Source: an uncultured bacterium | Lineage (GTDB): Bacteria; Auribacterota; Erginobacteria; Erginobacterales; Erginobacteraceae | Length of the DNA stretch: 64,000 nucleotides | NCBI GenBank assembly: GCA_963822585.1 | Contig: CAWGIE010000008.1 | Span: forward strand, 1-64,000 | Reading direction: 5' to 3' | Shown: positions 43,219 through 52,766 of the stretch, one piece after another | Layout: every line of letters begins with the position of its first letter | Position numbering within the stretch: the first letter of the stretch is position 1 | The notes under the pieces: generated by a model | Told to the model about the DNA's origin: nothing | Database searches by the model: none | What the model saw: only the letters and a program-made list of their open reading frames with translations | Program-made: the position numbers and the translations under genes

Positions 43219-45498
43219 ATGTTCGGGTCAAAGAAAACTTCCGCTGTGAAACCTTCGGGAAATCACCGGGATCTTCTGGTTCGGGCGCTGGAGAACCTGA
43301 GCGAGATGGTCATCTTTACCGATCCGGAACACCGGATAACCTACGCCAACCGGGCGATCGAGAATATCCTGGGCTATAATCCGGAAGAAGTGATCGGCCT
43401 CGATAGCCGGGAGTTCTTCGAGGGAGTACCCGGCAATGCGGCCGACCTGGCGAAGAAGATACGCGACGAGGCGGTCGGGGGTGTCTGGCGGGGGGAAATT
43501 CTCGCCCGACGGAAAGACGGCTCGCTGATCGATGTTCTCCTGACAATGAACCAGTTGGAGGATGAGCAAGGAGAGCCTGCCGGCTGCGTGGGGGTCACCA
43601 CCGATATAACCGAACGCCGGCAATCAGAGAAGCTTCTGCGGTCGGTGATCGACGCTTCGCCCGCCTGCATCTTCGTTAAGGACAAAAACGGGCGGTACCT
43701 CATGGTCAACCGGTCGGACGCCGAGCTTTACGGGACCACCCCGGAAGAGATGATAGGGAAGACCGATCGCGATTACTTACAGGTGGGGGTGATGACCGCC
43801 GAAGAGATGGAGTCATTCCTGGAAGACGATCAAGAGGTTATCCGGGGCCAGACGTCCAAGTCTGATATCGATGAAACCCTCACACTCCCCGACGGAACGA
43901 AGCGGTGTTTTCATACCATCAAGGTCCCTCTCACCCTGCAAGGGAAAGGGGAGTGCGTGCTGGGCGTCGCCCTGGATATCACCGACCGGAAAGAGGCCGA
44001 GGACGCGCTCCAGGTAAGCGAGAAGCGCTTTCGCCTCCTCTTCGAATCCGCGCCCGGGGCGGTTTTTCTGGAAACGCTTGAGGGCGAGATAGTCGACTGC
44101 AATCAGGGCGCCGCGGACATGCTCGGCTATTCAAAACAGGAGCTGATCGGAATGAACGCCCGCCGGATTGTCCCCCCGGAAGTGGCCGCGACCTTCAAGG
44201 ACATTGTCAGGCAAGAACTCGCCGACGGTGTCTATTCCGGCGAGGCCTTCAACCGGAGAAAGAACGGGGAGATATTCCCGGTGGCGGTGAGCGTGCGCCT
44301 GATCGATCTCGCCGGGAAAAAGCTGAATTTTGTCTTGGTCCAGGATATCACCGAATACCGGAGGATGGAAGATGAACTGCTCCGGGCCCAGAAACTGGAA
44401 AGTCTTGGAATCCTGGCCGGCGGCATTGCTCACGACTTCAACAACATTCTCTCCGCCGTGGTCGGAAACCTGTCCTTCCTGAAGCAGCGGCTGAAAGATG
44501 AGAAGGAGACGGGAGAGGCCCTCCAGGAGGCGGAAGATGCCGCCATTCAGGCCCGCCGGTTGGCCCGCCGGCTGCTTACTTTTGCCAAGGGGGACACGCC
44601 GGTGAAAACGCTCCTGAACGTGGAGCAATGTATCAGAAAAGCCGCCGGTTTCGCTCTCAGCGGTTCCCGGACTCGGTGCCGGTTTCGCTTACCGGATGAT
44701 TTATGGGTCGTTGAAGCCGACGAATCACAGCTCGCCCAGGTGATCGGCAACCTGGTCATCAATGCCGACCAGGCGATGCCGGGTGGGGGTTTGCTGGAAA
44801 TTTCCGCCGCGAATGCGATCGAGGATGGCCGGGGCGGTTTCCCTCTCCCGGCGGGCGAGTATGTCATGATCACGGTCAGGGATAGCGGGGTGGGAATACC
44901 GGCCTCTCTGCTGCCGAAAATATTCGATCCCTATATAACCACCAAGCGGCGGGGGAGCGGTCTGGGGCTGGCCATCTGCTTTTCGGTGGTGAAAAACCAC
45001 GGGGGGATGATTACGGCGGAGTCCGAGCCGGGGAAGGGAACGGTTTTCAGGGTCTTCCTGCCGGCTTCGAAAGAGCCGCCTCCCCCGGAGAAGGCGGAAG
45101 GAGAAACGGTTTCCGCGGAGGGGAGGATTCTGCTCATGGACGACGAGGAAATCGTACGGAAAGTGGCCGGTCGCCTTCTGGAAAGCATGGGATACACGGT
45201 AGAGCATGCCGATGATGGTGCCGCGGCGATCGAAAAATACTGCTCCGCCCGGGAGCGGGGAGAGCCGTTTGACGCTGTCATACTCGACCTGACGGTGCCG
45301 GGAGACAGGGGGGGCGAGCAAACGCTGTCCGCGCTCCGGGAGATCGATCCCGGGGTGAGGGCGATTGTCACCAGCGGGTACGTGAGTGACCCGATCATGA
45401 CCGGGTACCGGGCGCACGGCTTCCGGGCGGCCATCGCCAAACCGTATAAACTGGATGAATTAAGCCTGGCCGTGACGGCGGCGCTGAAAGACAGGTGA
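43219..45498 (+). CDS. PAS-domain hybrid sensor histidine kinase/response regulator
   Basis: Three PAS/PAC units, LAGGIAHDFNN H-box, NLVINA, DSGVGI, GSGLGL, C-terminal receiver domain. Confidence 0.96.
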   Translation: MFGSKKTSAVKPSGNHRDLLVRALENLSEMVIFTDPEHRITYANRAIENILGYNPEEVIGLDSREFFEGVPGNAADLAKKIRDEAVGGVWRGEILARRKDGSLIDVLLTMNQLEDEQGEPAGCVGVTTDITERRQSEKLLRSVIDASPACIFVKDKNGRYLMVNRSDAELYGTTPEEMIGKTDRDYLQVGVMTAEEMESFLEDDQEVIRGQTSKSDIDETLTLPDGTKRCFHTIKVPLTLQGKGECVLGVALDITDRKEAEDALQVSEKRFRLLFESAPGAVFLETLEGEIVDCNQGAADMLGYSKQELIGMNARRIVPPEVAATFKDIVRQELADGVYSGEAFNRRKNGEIFPVAVSVRLIDLAGKKLNFVLVQDITEYRRMEDELLRAQKLESLGILAGGIAHDFNNILSAVVGNLSFLKQRLKDEKETGEALQEAEDAAIQARRLARRLLTFAKGDTPVKTLLNVEQCIRKAAGFALSGSRTRCRFRLPDDLWVVEADESQLAQVIGNLVINADQAMPGGGLLEISAANAIEDGRGGFPLPAGEYVMITVRDSGVGIPASLLPKIFDPYITTKRRGSGLGLAICFSVVKNHGGMITAESEPGKGTVFRVFLPASKEPPPPEKAEGETVSAEGRILLMDDEEIVRKVAGRLLESMGYTVEHADDGAAAIEKYCSARERGEPFDAVILDLTVPGDRGGEQTLSALREIDPGVRAIVTSGYVSDPIMTGYRAHGFRAAIAKPYKLDELSLAVTAALKDR

Positions 45499-45598
45499 TC
45501 GGTAAGCAGTAATCGGTGATCAGGATGATTTACAGATTGCCGATTACTGATTACTGATTACTGATCACTGATTACTGATTACTGATTACTGATCACTG
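45494..45598. repeat. Family 1 inverted heptamer element
   Basis: ggtgatcggtaagcagtaatcggtgatcag ... ~8 YGATYAC units; contains the kinase TGA stop. Confidence 0.88.
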
Positions 45599-45746
45599 CT
45601 TTATCTTCTTTTTAAACTCCCCCGCTCCCGATATGGAGGAGGGATCCCAGCTCACCCGGGTGGCGAAAAAAAAGAGGGTCATCGGTTACCGGGTGTGGTA
45701 TTATTAAAATGACATCCGTTCTATCCCTTACTACAAGGCGGGAAAA

Positions 45747-47861
45747 ATGAAAAAAGCATGGACGTCGGCGGGGAAGTTCCTTACCTGTCTGAGTTTTTTA
45801 ATGGCCCTCTGCCTGGGGTCTGGTTTCTCTCTCCGAGGGGAAGATGTCAAGGTCATGACCGCCAACCTGGTCAGCGGCGGATGGCCTAACATCTATTATT
45901 TCAGCTACAGCCGGCGAATCTTCCAGGGGCTGAATCCTGATATCGTCCTGGTCCAGGAATTTAGGGTAAATTCGGGATCACTCCGGTCCTACGTTGATGA
46001 GGTCTTCGGCACGAACTTTTCCCTCATTTACAGTTCAGGCTCCAGCCCCAACGGCATTATCAGCCGCTGGCCGTTCAAGGACTCGGGGCAGTGGGACGAT
46101 ACGCAACTCAGCGACCGTGAATTTGCCTGGGCGGTGATCGATATCCCGGGGCCCATCGACCTTCAGGCGGTGAGCGTCCACCTCAAGGCCGGTAGCAGCT
46201 CCGCGGAAAAGGCGACCAGGACGAACGAAGCAAATCAGATCAAGACCTATGTCCATGAAAAATTCGACAACGGTCAGTATATCCTGGTCGGCGGCGATCT
46301 CAACACGTACAGTCCCAGCGAGGGGTGTCTTGGGGTCTTCACCACCTTCCTGGACTATAATGACCATGTGCCGGTGGACGGGAATGGCAACTCCAACACC
46401 AACGAGGGCCGTACCGAGAGATATGACTGGCTCATGCCCAACACGGGCCTGGACGGGCTGCACAATACGACCACCGTCGGCACCCAGAAGAGACCCTATC
46501 CGGAGGGGATTGTCTTCGACAGCTGGGTATTCCCCAATGTCGCCGCCGAGGTCCCCCCGGTTCGTTACAGTGATTCCCACGCCCCCGGGATGGACCATAT
46601 GGGTGTGATGAAGACATTCAAACTCTTTGAACACGGCCTCATCGTGGAGGAGGGCTTTGATGGCTTCCAGACCGGCGTGCGGCCCCTCAACTGGACTTTT
46701 TACGGCTGCGACCAAGACTCCGACGCCATCATGACCCAGGGAGATTACGGCGAAGCGGCCCCCTCGATCGGGCTTTACGGCGGCGGTGACGCGATCACCA
46801 CCGCTCCCTTCGCCAACCCCATCTCGCTCACCTTCTGGGTGGGAGGTGTCAGCTACGATACCACCAGCACGCTCCTGGTCGAGAGGCACTATGACGGCAA
46901 CTGGTTCGAGCTTTCCACCCTGCTCCAACCGCCGTACACACACGCAAGCGCTTACGTGGGGCCGTTCGATCTTGATCGGACCGTTGACCAACTTCGATTC
47001 ACGCGTATCGAGCCGAATCCCTCGAGCAACGCCTACATCGCCCTGGACGACGTGCTGGTAGTGGGGATTACCCCTTCACCGGCTCCCTCGCCCTCGCCGT
47101 CGCCGACGTCTCCCCCGCTTCCCGACCGTGCCAGAAACCTCGACTTCAACGGCGACGGGACATCCGATATCGCGATCTTCCGGGGGATCGCCGGCCTTTG
47201 GGGTATCCGGGGGATCACCCGGGTGTACTTCGGCGGCTCCGCCGACTATACCGTTCCCGGGGATTACGACGGGAACGGGACGACCGATATCGGCATCTTC
47301 CGGCCCGCCGCCGGTCTCTGGGCGGTCCGGGGCGTGACCAGGTCCTATTTCGGGGGGGCTTCCTCCGAGCCGGTTCCGGGGGACTACAACGGGGACGGTG
47401 TCACCGATATCGGCATCTTTCGACCCTCCTCCGGCCTCTGGGCGGTCCGGGGAGGACTGCGCATCTACTTCGGCGGCTCCTTAGATCTGCCGGTACCGGG
47501 CTACTATGACGGTGACGCCACCGAGGAGATCGCCGTCTTCCGACCGGCATCGGGCCTCTGGGCGATCCCGGGGATAACCCGAATCTACTTCGGCGGATCG
47601 AACGACGATCCGGTCCCCGGGGATTACTCCGGGAGCGGGTCCTGGTCGGTCGGCATCTACCGCCCGGCGGCGGGGCTGTGGGCGGTCCGGGGGGTGACCA
47701 GGCGGTACTTCGGCGTTTCCACCGATTACCCGGTCCCGGGCGACTACAGCGGGTCCGGCGCCGACTCGATCGGGATCTTCCGGCCATCCGGCCTCTGGGC
47801 GATACAGGGGCTGCCCCGGGTCTATTTCGGGAGTTCCGGGGACATCCCCGTGGCGCGCTGA
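45747..47861 (+). CDS. Secreted endonuclease/exonuclease/phosphatase-family protein with C-terminal FG-GAP-like repeats
   Basis: Signal peptide; MTAN, DIVLVQE, HLKA, GGDLN, YDW, DH motifs; PSP linker; six D-[YF]-x-G-x-G...GLWA repeats. Confidence 0.85.
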   Translation: MKKAWTSAGKFLTCLSFLMALCLGSGFSLRGEDVKVMTANLVSGGWPNIYYFSYSRRIFQGLNPDIVLVQEFRVNSGSLRSYVDEVFGTNFSLIYSSGSSPNGIISRWPFKDSGQWDDTQLSDREFAWAVIDIPGPIDLQAVSVHLKAGSSSAEKATRTNEANQIKTYVHEKFDNGQYILVGGDLNTYSPSEGCLGVFTTFLDYNDHVPVDGNGNSNTNEGRTERYDWLMPNTGLDGLHNTTTVGTQKRPYPEGIVFDSWVFPNVAAEVPPVRYSDSHAPGMDHMGVMKTFKLFEHGLIVEEGFDGFQTGVRPLNWTFYGCDQDSDAIMTQGDYGEAAPSIGLYGGGDAITTAPFANPISLTFWVGGVSYDTTSTLLVERHYDGNWFELSTLLQPPYTHASAYVGPFDLDRTVDQLRFTRIEPNPSSNAYIALDDVLVVGITPSPAPSPSPSPTSPPLPDRARNLDFNGDGTSDIAIFRGIAGLWGIRGITRVYFGGSADYTVPGDYDGNGTTDIGIFRPAAGLWAVRGVTRSYFGGASSEPVPGDYNGDGVTDIGIFRPSSGLWAVRGGLRIYFGGSLDLPVPGYYDGDATEEIAVFRPASGLWAIPGITRIYFGGSNDDPVPGDYSGSGSWSVGIYRPAAGLWAVRGVTRRYFGVSTDYPVPGDYSGSGADSIGIFRPSGLWAIQGLPRVYFGSSGDIPVAR

Positions 47862-47867
47862 AAGACA

Positions 47868-47946
47868 GGTAATCGGTGATCAGTAATCAGTGATCAGTAA
47901 CCTGGGCGTCCGGCACTGATTACTGATCACCGATTACCGATTACTG
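47868..47946. repeat. Family 1 inverted heptamer element
   Basis: ggtaatcggtgatcagtaatcagtgatcagt ... actgattactgatcaccgattaccgattactg. Confidence 0.9.
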
Positions 47947-48019
47947 AATAAACACGGGAACCAACTGCATCGCTCTCTTTCATCAATGAGATGAGAGAGA
48001 TAAAAAAGGAGGACCGACT

Positions 48020-48307
48020 ATGGCTCTGGTCTGCGGAGTTCTGGCTCTCTTATGCCTGCTTTCAGGGATCATGCTTCTCTTCTGCCCCAGAACCCTCACC
48101 CGGATCTCCCGGGTTACCGATCGGGAGTATTCCACCGACAAGCTCAAGCAGCTGCTCGAGAAGGAGATCTCGATCGAGAAACTCTCCGATCTGCTCAACA
48201 GGCAGATCGACATCAATGAGAAGCTGCTCAAGTTCGACCGCGTGATTGGCGTGGCGGCCGTTATCGTGGGGATCATCCTGGTCCTGGTCATCTTCAAGGC
48301 CCCCTGA
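48020..48307 (+). CDS. Small two-TM membrane protein
   Basis: AGGAGG RBS; hydrophobic N- and C-termini. Confidence 0.65.
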   Translation: MALVCGVLALLCLLSGIMLLFCPRTLTRISRVTDREYSTDKLKQLLEKEISIEKLSDLLNRQIDINEKLLKFDRVIGVAAVIVGIILVLVIFKAP

Positions 48308-48378
48308 CCGCAGCTTCCTTTTCCCTCCCCGAGTAATACTTCGGGGCGGTACGGAAAAAAGAAGAAATGAAAGATTAG

Positions 48379-48407
48379 TTGACAACATCCCCGTTCGTCT
48401 CGATAAT
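48379..48407 (+). promoter_or_regulatory. sigma70-type promoter
   Basis: TTGACA, 17 bp, GATAAT upstream of 48528. Confidence 0.6.
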
Positions 48408-48527
48408 ATATTCGGAACATACCCGTAATAAATCGAAGAACGAAAATTACTATAGTCGCCTTGTCGATAGTGGTCGCGGGATGAATGATTCACCCCTTCG
48501 GCATTCCCGGCAAAAGGAGGAAAAAGA

Positions 48528-50405
48528 ATGAGAATACGATTCTTCTGGCTCCCAATGGTTACAGCGGCCGCAGTATGCTGTTTCCTGCCGGTCGCCGTCG
48601 CCGCGGCTGTTATTGATGAGGGTTTCGATGGATTCGATACCGGTCTTCGTCCGCTCGGCTGGATCTTCACCAACTGCGACCAGGATTCCGACACATACAC
48701 CACCGCGGGAAATTACGGAGCCGCCTCTCCCTCTATTAAAATGGACTTGACCGGCGCCGCGATCGAGACCGAAGTATTCAGTGATCCCGATTGGCTCCGG
48801 TTCTGGGTGAAAGGACAGGGGACTGACATCACCAGCCACCTTTTGGTGGAGGAGTACTATACCGTCTGGACCGCAGTGACCGATATATTCAACCTCCCCA
48901 CCACGGGAACCCTGATCGGAGATCTTTCCCTTAACCCGAGTACCAACCAGCTGAAGTTTACCTATACCCAGTCGGTGGGCGACCTGGCTTTTGATGATGT
49001 TCTGGTGGAGGGTCAGATCACGCCGCCGCCGGTCACGCCGACCCCGACGCCGGTGATCTGTACCCGACTGGACGAAGGTTTTGACGGGTATAATACCGGT
49101 CTTCGTCCGATCGGCTGGATATTCATTAATTGCGATCTGGACTCAGATACCTATACGACGGCGGGGAATTACGGCCACCAGTCCCCTTCGATCAAGATGG
49201 ATCAGACCGGAGACAAAATCCAGACCGCCGCCTTTGCCAGCGGCGAATGGCTCCAGTTCTGGGTCAAGGGGCAAGGGACCGACAGTTCCAGCCACCTGTT
49301 GGTAGAAGAGTACTACAGCGCCACCTGGTTTCAGGTCAGCGATATATTTGATCTTCCCCCGGCGGGAACGCAGCTGGGACCTCTTTCCCTCAACCCCAGT
49401 TCCGATCAACTGATGTTTACCTACACCCAGAGTGCGGGCGATCTGGCTTTTGACGATGTATTGGTGAAGTGCCTGATCACCCCGACACCGACGTTGACCC
49501 CGGTCCCCACGGCGTCGCCGACCCTGACCCCGGTTCCCACGGCGACACTGGTTCCCACGGCGACACCGGTCCCCACGGCGACCCTGGCCCCCACGGCGAC
49601 ACCGCCGCCCACGCCGAGCCGGACTCCAACCCCGGTTCCGACTGCGACATCCTCCTCCAACTGGATATATGACTACAATGGCGATGGGACGAGCGACATT
49701 GCCGTCTTCCGGTCCGATACCGGCCTGTGGGCGATACGGGGGGTGACCCGGGTTTACTTCGGGGGTGCCCTCGACCTGGCCGCGCCCGGTGACTACGACG
49801 GGGATGGAACGACCGATATCGGGATCTTCCGGGATTCGTCCGGCCTCTGGGCGATCCGGGGGGTAACCCGGGTGTATTTCGGGGATATGGACGATATCCC
49901 TCTCCCCGGCGATTACGACGGCGACGGGATCTGGGATATGGCGATCTTCCGTCCCTCGACCAGTCTCTGGGCGCTCCGAGGCGTCGCCCGGGTCTACTTC
50001 GGGGTCTCCTCCGATTACCCGGCGCCCGGCTTCTACGATGACGAAGAGGGTTTGGATATCGCCATCTTCCGGCAATCCTCCGGCCTCTGGGCGATCCGCG
50101 GGATTACACGGATCTATTTCGGGAACAGCGGTCCCAATATCGCCGACGTGCCGGTACCGGGTGATTACAACGGCGATGGGATCTTCGAGGTCGGGATCTA
50201 TCGCCCCCGCGCCGGACTCTGGGCGATCCGGGGCGGTGCCCGCACCTACTTCGGGAAATACTACGATACCCCTGTCCCCGCCGACTATAACGGCGACGGC
50301 CGCGACGATATCGGCCTTTTCCGTGCCATTGACGGTATGTGGGCGCGGGTTGGTCAGACCCCGGTTTATTTCGGCCGGGATGGTGACGAACCCGCTACTC
50401 GATAA
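48528..50405 (+). CDS. Secreted protein: two copies of a ~135-aa module, Pro/Thr linker, FG-GAP-like repeats
   Basis: DEGFDG..TGLRP.GWIF.NCD.DSDTYTTAGNYG occurs twice; PTAT-rich linker; six DY-x-GDG-type repeats. Confidence 0.88.
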   Translation: MRIRFFWLPMVTAAAVCCFLPVAVAAAVIDEGFDGFDTGLRPLGWIFTNCDQDSDTYTTAGNYGAASPSIKMDLTGAAIETEVFSDPDWLRFWVKGQGTDITSHLLVEEYYTVWTAVTDIFNLPTTGTLIGDLSLNPSTNQLKFTYTQSVGDLAFDDVLVEGQITPPPVTPTPTPVICTRLDEGFDGYNTGLRPIGWIFINCDLDSDTYTTAGNYGHQSPSIKMDQTGDKIQTAAFASGEWLQFWVKGQGTDSSSHLLVEEYYSATWFQVSDIFDLPPAGTQLGPLSLNPSSDQLMFTYTQSAGDLAFDDVLVKCLITPTPTLTPVPTASPTLTPVPTATLVPTATPVPTATLAPTATPPPTPSRTPTPVPTATSSSNWIYDYNGDGTSDIAVFRSDTGLWAIRGVTRVYFGGALDLAAPGDYDGDGTTDIGIFRDSSGLWAIRGVTRVYFGDMDDIPLPGDYDGDGIWDMAIFRPSTSLWALRGVARVYFGVSSDYPAPGFYDDEEGLDIAIFRQSSGLWAIRGITRIYFGNSGPNIADVPVPGDYNGDGIFEVGIYRPRAGLWAIRGGARTYFGKYYDTPVPADYNGDGRDDIGLFRAIDGMWARVGQTPVYFGRDGDEPATR

Positions 50406-50411
50406 GAAAAA

Positions 50412-50483
50412 CGGTGATCAGTAATCGGTCCCGAAAAACCCCCGATGTTAATCGGGGGTTTTTCGGGACCGATTACTGATTAC
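50412..50483. terminator. Long near-perfect hairpin (family 1 arms plus perfect core) between convergent genes
   Basis: gtaatcggtcccgaaaaacccccgat-gtta-atcgggggtttttcgggaccgattac. Confidence 0.75.
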
Positions 50484-52475
50484 TCACTCCCCCCTCAGCG
50501 CAATGGCCAGGTTACGCCGGGCCGGCTGGAACCCGGGCCGGAGACGAACCGCTTCCCGGAAAGCCTGCGCCGCCTTCTCCGCTTCACCCAGCCGCAGCAG
50601 ACAGAGCCCCCGGTTATAGTGTCCCTCGAAGAAATCGGGATCGATCTCGACCGAACGGGCGAACTCACCGGCGGCCTCCCGTATCCGCCCCCGGGCCATG
50701 AGGGCGTTACCCAGATTGTTATGGGGATCGACCTGGCGATCGTCGAGTCCGATCGACCGCCGGAACGTCTCCATCGCCTGCTCTGTCCGGCCGGTCCGCA
50801 GGAACGCGATCCCCAGGTTGTTCAGGGCCGCCGTCTGGCCGGGATCGAGCTCCAGGGCGAGCTGAAGTTCCGCGATCGCTTCGTTATATCGTTTCAGCTG
50901 GTTCAGCGTCTTTCCCAGGTTGTAATGCGTTTTAAATTCATCCGGATAAGCCGCCGTCAGGGACCGGAATCCTTCGGCTGCTTCCTCCAGCCGGCCTTCC
51001 TCGTAAAGCAGGCGGGCCAGCCGGAAACGGAACGTGTAACTCTCCGGGCTCTTCTCGACCAGGTCCCGGAGTTTTTCCTCCGCGGCCGCCGTCTGGCCGC
51101 GGTGTATCTGTTCCACCGCGGCGATGAATTCTCGGCGCAAACCGATGACGTCCTTGGGATCCCGGAGCATGCCCTGCTCTCGCCTCCCGCCGCCTTCCCC
51201 TCCCAGATAACCGAGGCTCGCCAAAAGTCCCCGTTCCCGGTCTTCCAGGCTTGCGGGGAGTGATTTCCGCCGGGCCATCTCTCCGCTGATCTTCTCCAGC
51301 TTTTTCTTGAGCTGCCGGGCGGTATCGGAGTTTGTTGCCGCCAGGTTGACCTTTTCCCCGGGATCGGCCCGGAGGTTGTACAATTCCTCACGGGGTGCCG
51401 CGATATATTTCCAGTCGACGGAGATCAGGGCGGCCAGCGGGCTCCAGCCGTATTCGGTAAACGGAAACTCTGTCTCCAGGTAGACATCCTCATCGGAAGG
51501 ACAATCCCCGGCCAGGCCGGGGGCAAAGCTCCGGCCGCTGATCCCTCCCGGAGGCCCCCAGCCGAAGACGTCCAGGATGGTCGGAAAAAGATCGACGCTG
51601 GCGAGAAGCGCTTCGTTCGTTCTACCGGAGCCCGTACCGGGCCCGGAGACGATGAGGGGGACCCGCAGGACCGAATTATAAAGAAGGAGCCCGTGTTCTT
51701 CCTCCCCGTGATCTCCCAACCCTTCTCCATGATCGCCGAGGGCGATAATGACCGTTTTCTCACGGAGCCCCCGCTTGCGTAAAAAGTCGGTCAGCCGTCC
51801 GATCTGCGAGTCCATGAACGCGATCTCCCGGTCATAGGCGCCGCTCAATCCCTCCCCGGGCGCGGGGGAGAAGTAGTAGGGCCGATGGGGATCGAAGAAG
51901 TGAACCCAGCAGAAAAAAGGTTCTCCGGCATGTTTCTCGAGCCAGGCCAGGGCCGCGTCGGCGACCCGGTCCGCCCGGCGGTAGCGGTACATGGCATTCT
52001 CGTCGTAGATGTCATCGGCGTTCGGGACCTGGTAATCGTCATAGTCGTCGAATCCGCGGTCGAGACCGAATTTGCGGTCAAGTACGAAAGCCGCCACGAA
52101 GGCGCCGGTCCGGTAGCCGTGGGACGAAAAGACTTCGGCCAGGGTCGGTATATCGGCGGTGAGACGGCATCCCCCGTTGACGCGGCAGCCGTGTTCGGGC
52201 GGATAGAGTCCGGTCATGATCGTGGTGTGAGAGGGGAGGGTAAGGGGTACGTTGCTGAAGAACCGGCGGAAGGTGACACCCCTGCCGGCAAGGTCATCGA
52301 TGGCCGGTGTCCGTGCGCCGGAGTATCCGTAGCAGCCCAGGTGATCGGCCCGGGTGGTGTCCATGGTGATGAGGAGAAGGTTAGGGAGCCCACTCTCATC
52401 TTTTTCGGGGTAGAGGAGCAGAAATACGCCGACTGCCGCTCCGATCCCGATCAATAATATGATCCATCTTTTCAT
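50484..52475 (-). CDS. Sulfatase-like (alkaline phosphatase superfamily) hydrolase with C-terminal TPRs
   Basis: ITMDTTRADH, TLPSH, HFFDPH, GDHGE, ELYNL; TPR repeats; start MKRWII at 52475. Confidence 0.9.
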   Translation of the reverse strand: MKRWIILLIGIGAAVGVFLLLYPEKDESGLPNLLLITMDTTRADHLGCYGYSGARTPAIDDLAGRGVTFRRFFSNVPLTLPSHTTIMTGLYPPEHGCRVNGGCRLTADIPTLAEVFSSHGYRTGAFVAAFVLDRKFGLDRGFDDYDDYQVPNADDIYDENAMYRYRRADRVADAALAWLEKHAGEPFFCWVHFFDPHRPYYFSPAPGEGLSGAYDREIAFMDSQIGRLTDFLRKRGLREKTVIIALGDHGEGLGDHGEEEHGLLLYNSVLRVPLIVSGPGTGSGRTNEALLASVDLFPTILDVFGWGPPGGISGRSFAPGLAGDCPSDEDVYLETEFPFTEYGWSPLAALISVDWKYIAAPREELYNLRADPGEKVNLAATNSDTARQLKKKLEKISGEMARRKSLPASLEDRERGLLASLGYLGGEGGGRREQGMLRDPKDVIGLRREFIAAVEQIHRGQTAAAEEKLRDLVEKSPESYTFRFRLARLLYEEGRLEEAAEGFRSLTAAYPDEFKTHYNLGKTLNQLKRYNEAIAELQLALELDPGQTAALNNLGIAFLRTGRTEQAMETFRRSIGLDDRQVDPHNNLGNALMARGRIREAAGEFARSVEIDPDFFEGHYNRGLCLLRLGEAEKAAQAFREAVRLRPGFQPARRNLAIALRGE

Positions 52476-52487
52476 AATGAATAGTTT

Positions 52488-52750
52488 ACCACGAAGGTCG
52501 AGAAGTAGATGAAGTAAGAATGTTCGGTTATTGGTTATTCTATGATGAATATACGTCGGAAATGAGAACAATATTTATAATGACCAAATCCGAATGACGA
52601 ATAAAGAACGAAATCCTCATAACGAGTACGAATGCAGGAGCGGCAAGGTGGAGCGAGATTATTTTGACATTCAGTCAGGAGAAATTCATTCTGATTTGGG
52701 ATTTCGTCATTAACTGAGCTTTTTCCCGTGTTCCTCGTGACCTTCGTGGT
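52488..52750. repeat. Nested inverted elements: family 4 arms outside, family 3-like arms (52579-52711) inside
   Basis: accacgaaggtc ... gaccttcgtggt enclosing aatgac..aaatccgaatgacgaa ... gatttgggatttcgtcatt. Confidence 0.7.
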
Positions 52751-52766
52751 AACATGTTCGCCGGCA

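Noticed and set aside
49480..49650. 18-bp tandem repeats
   Set aside because: They encode the Pro/Thr linker of the secreted protein and need no separate explanation
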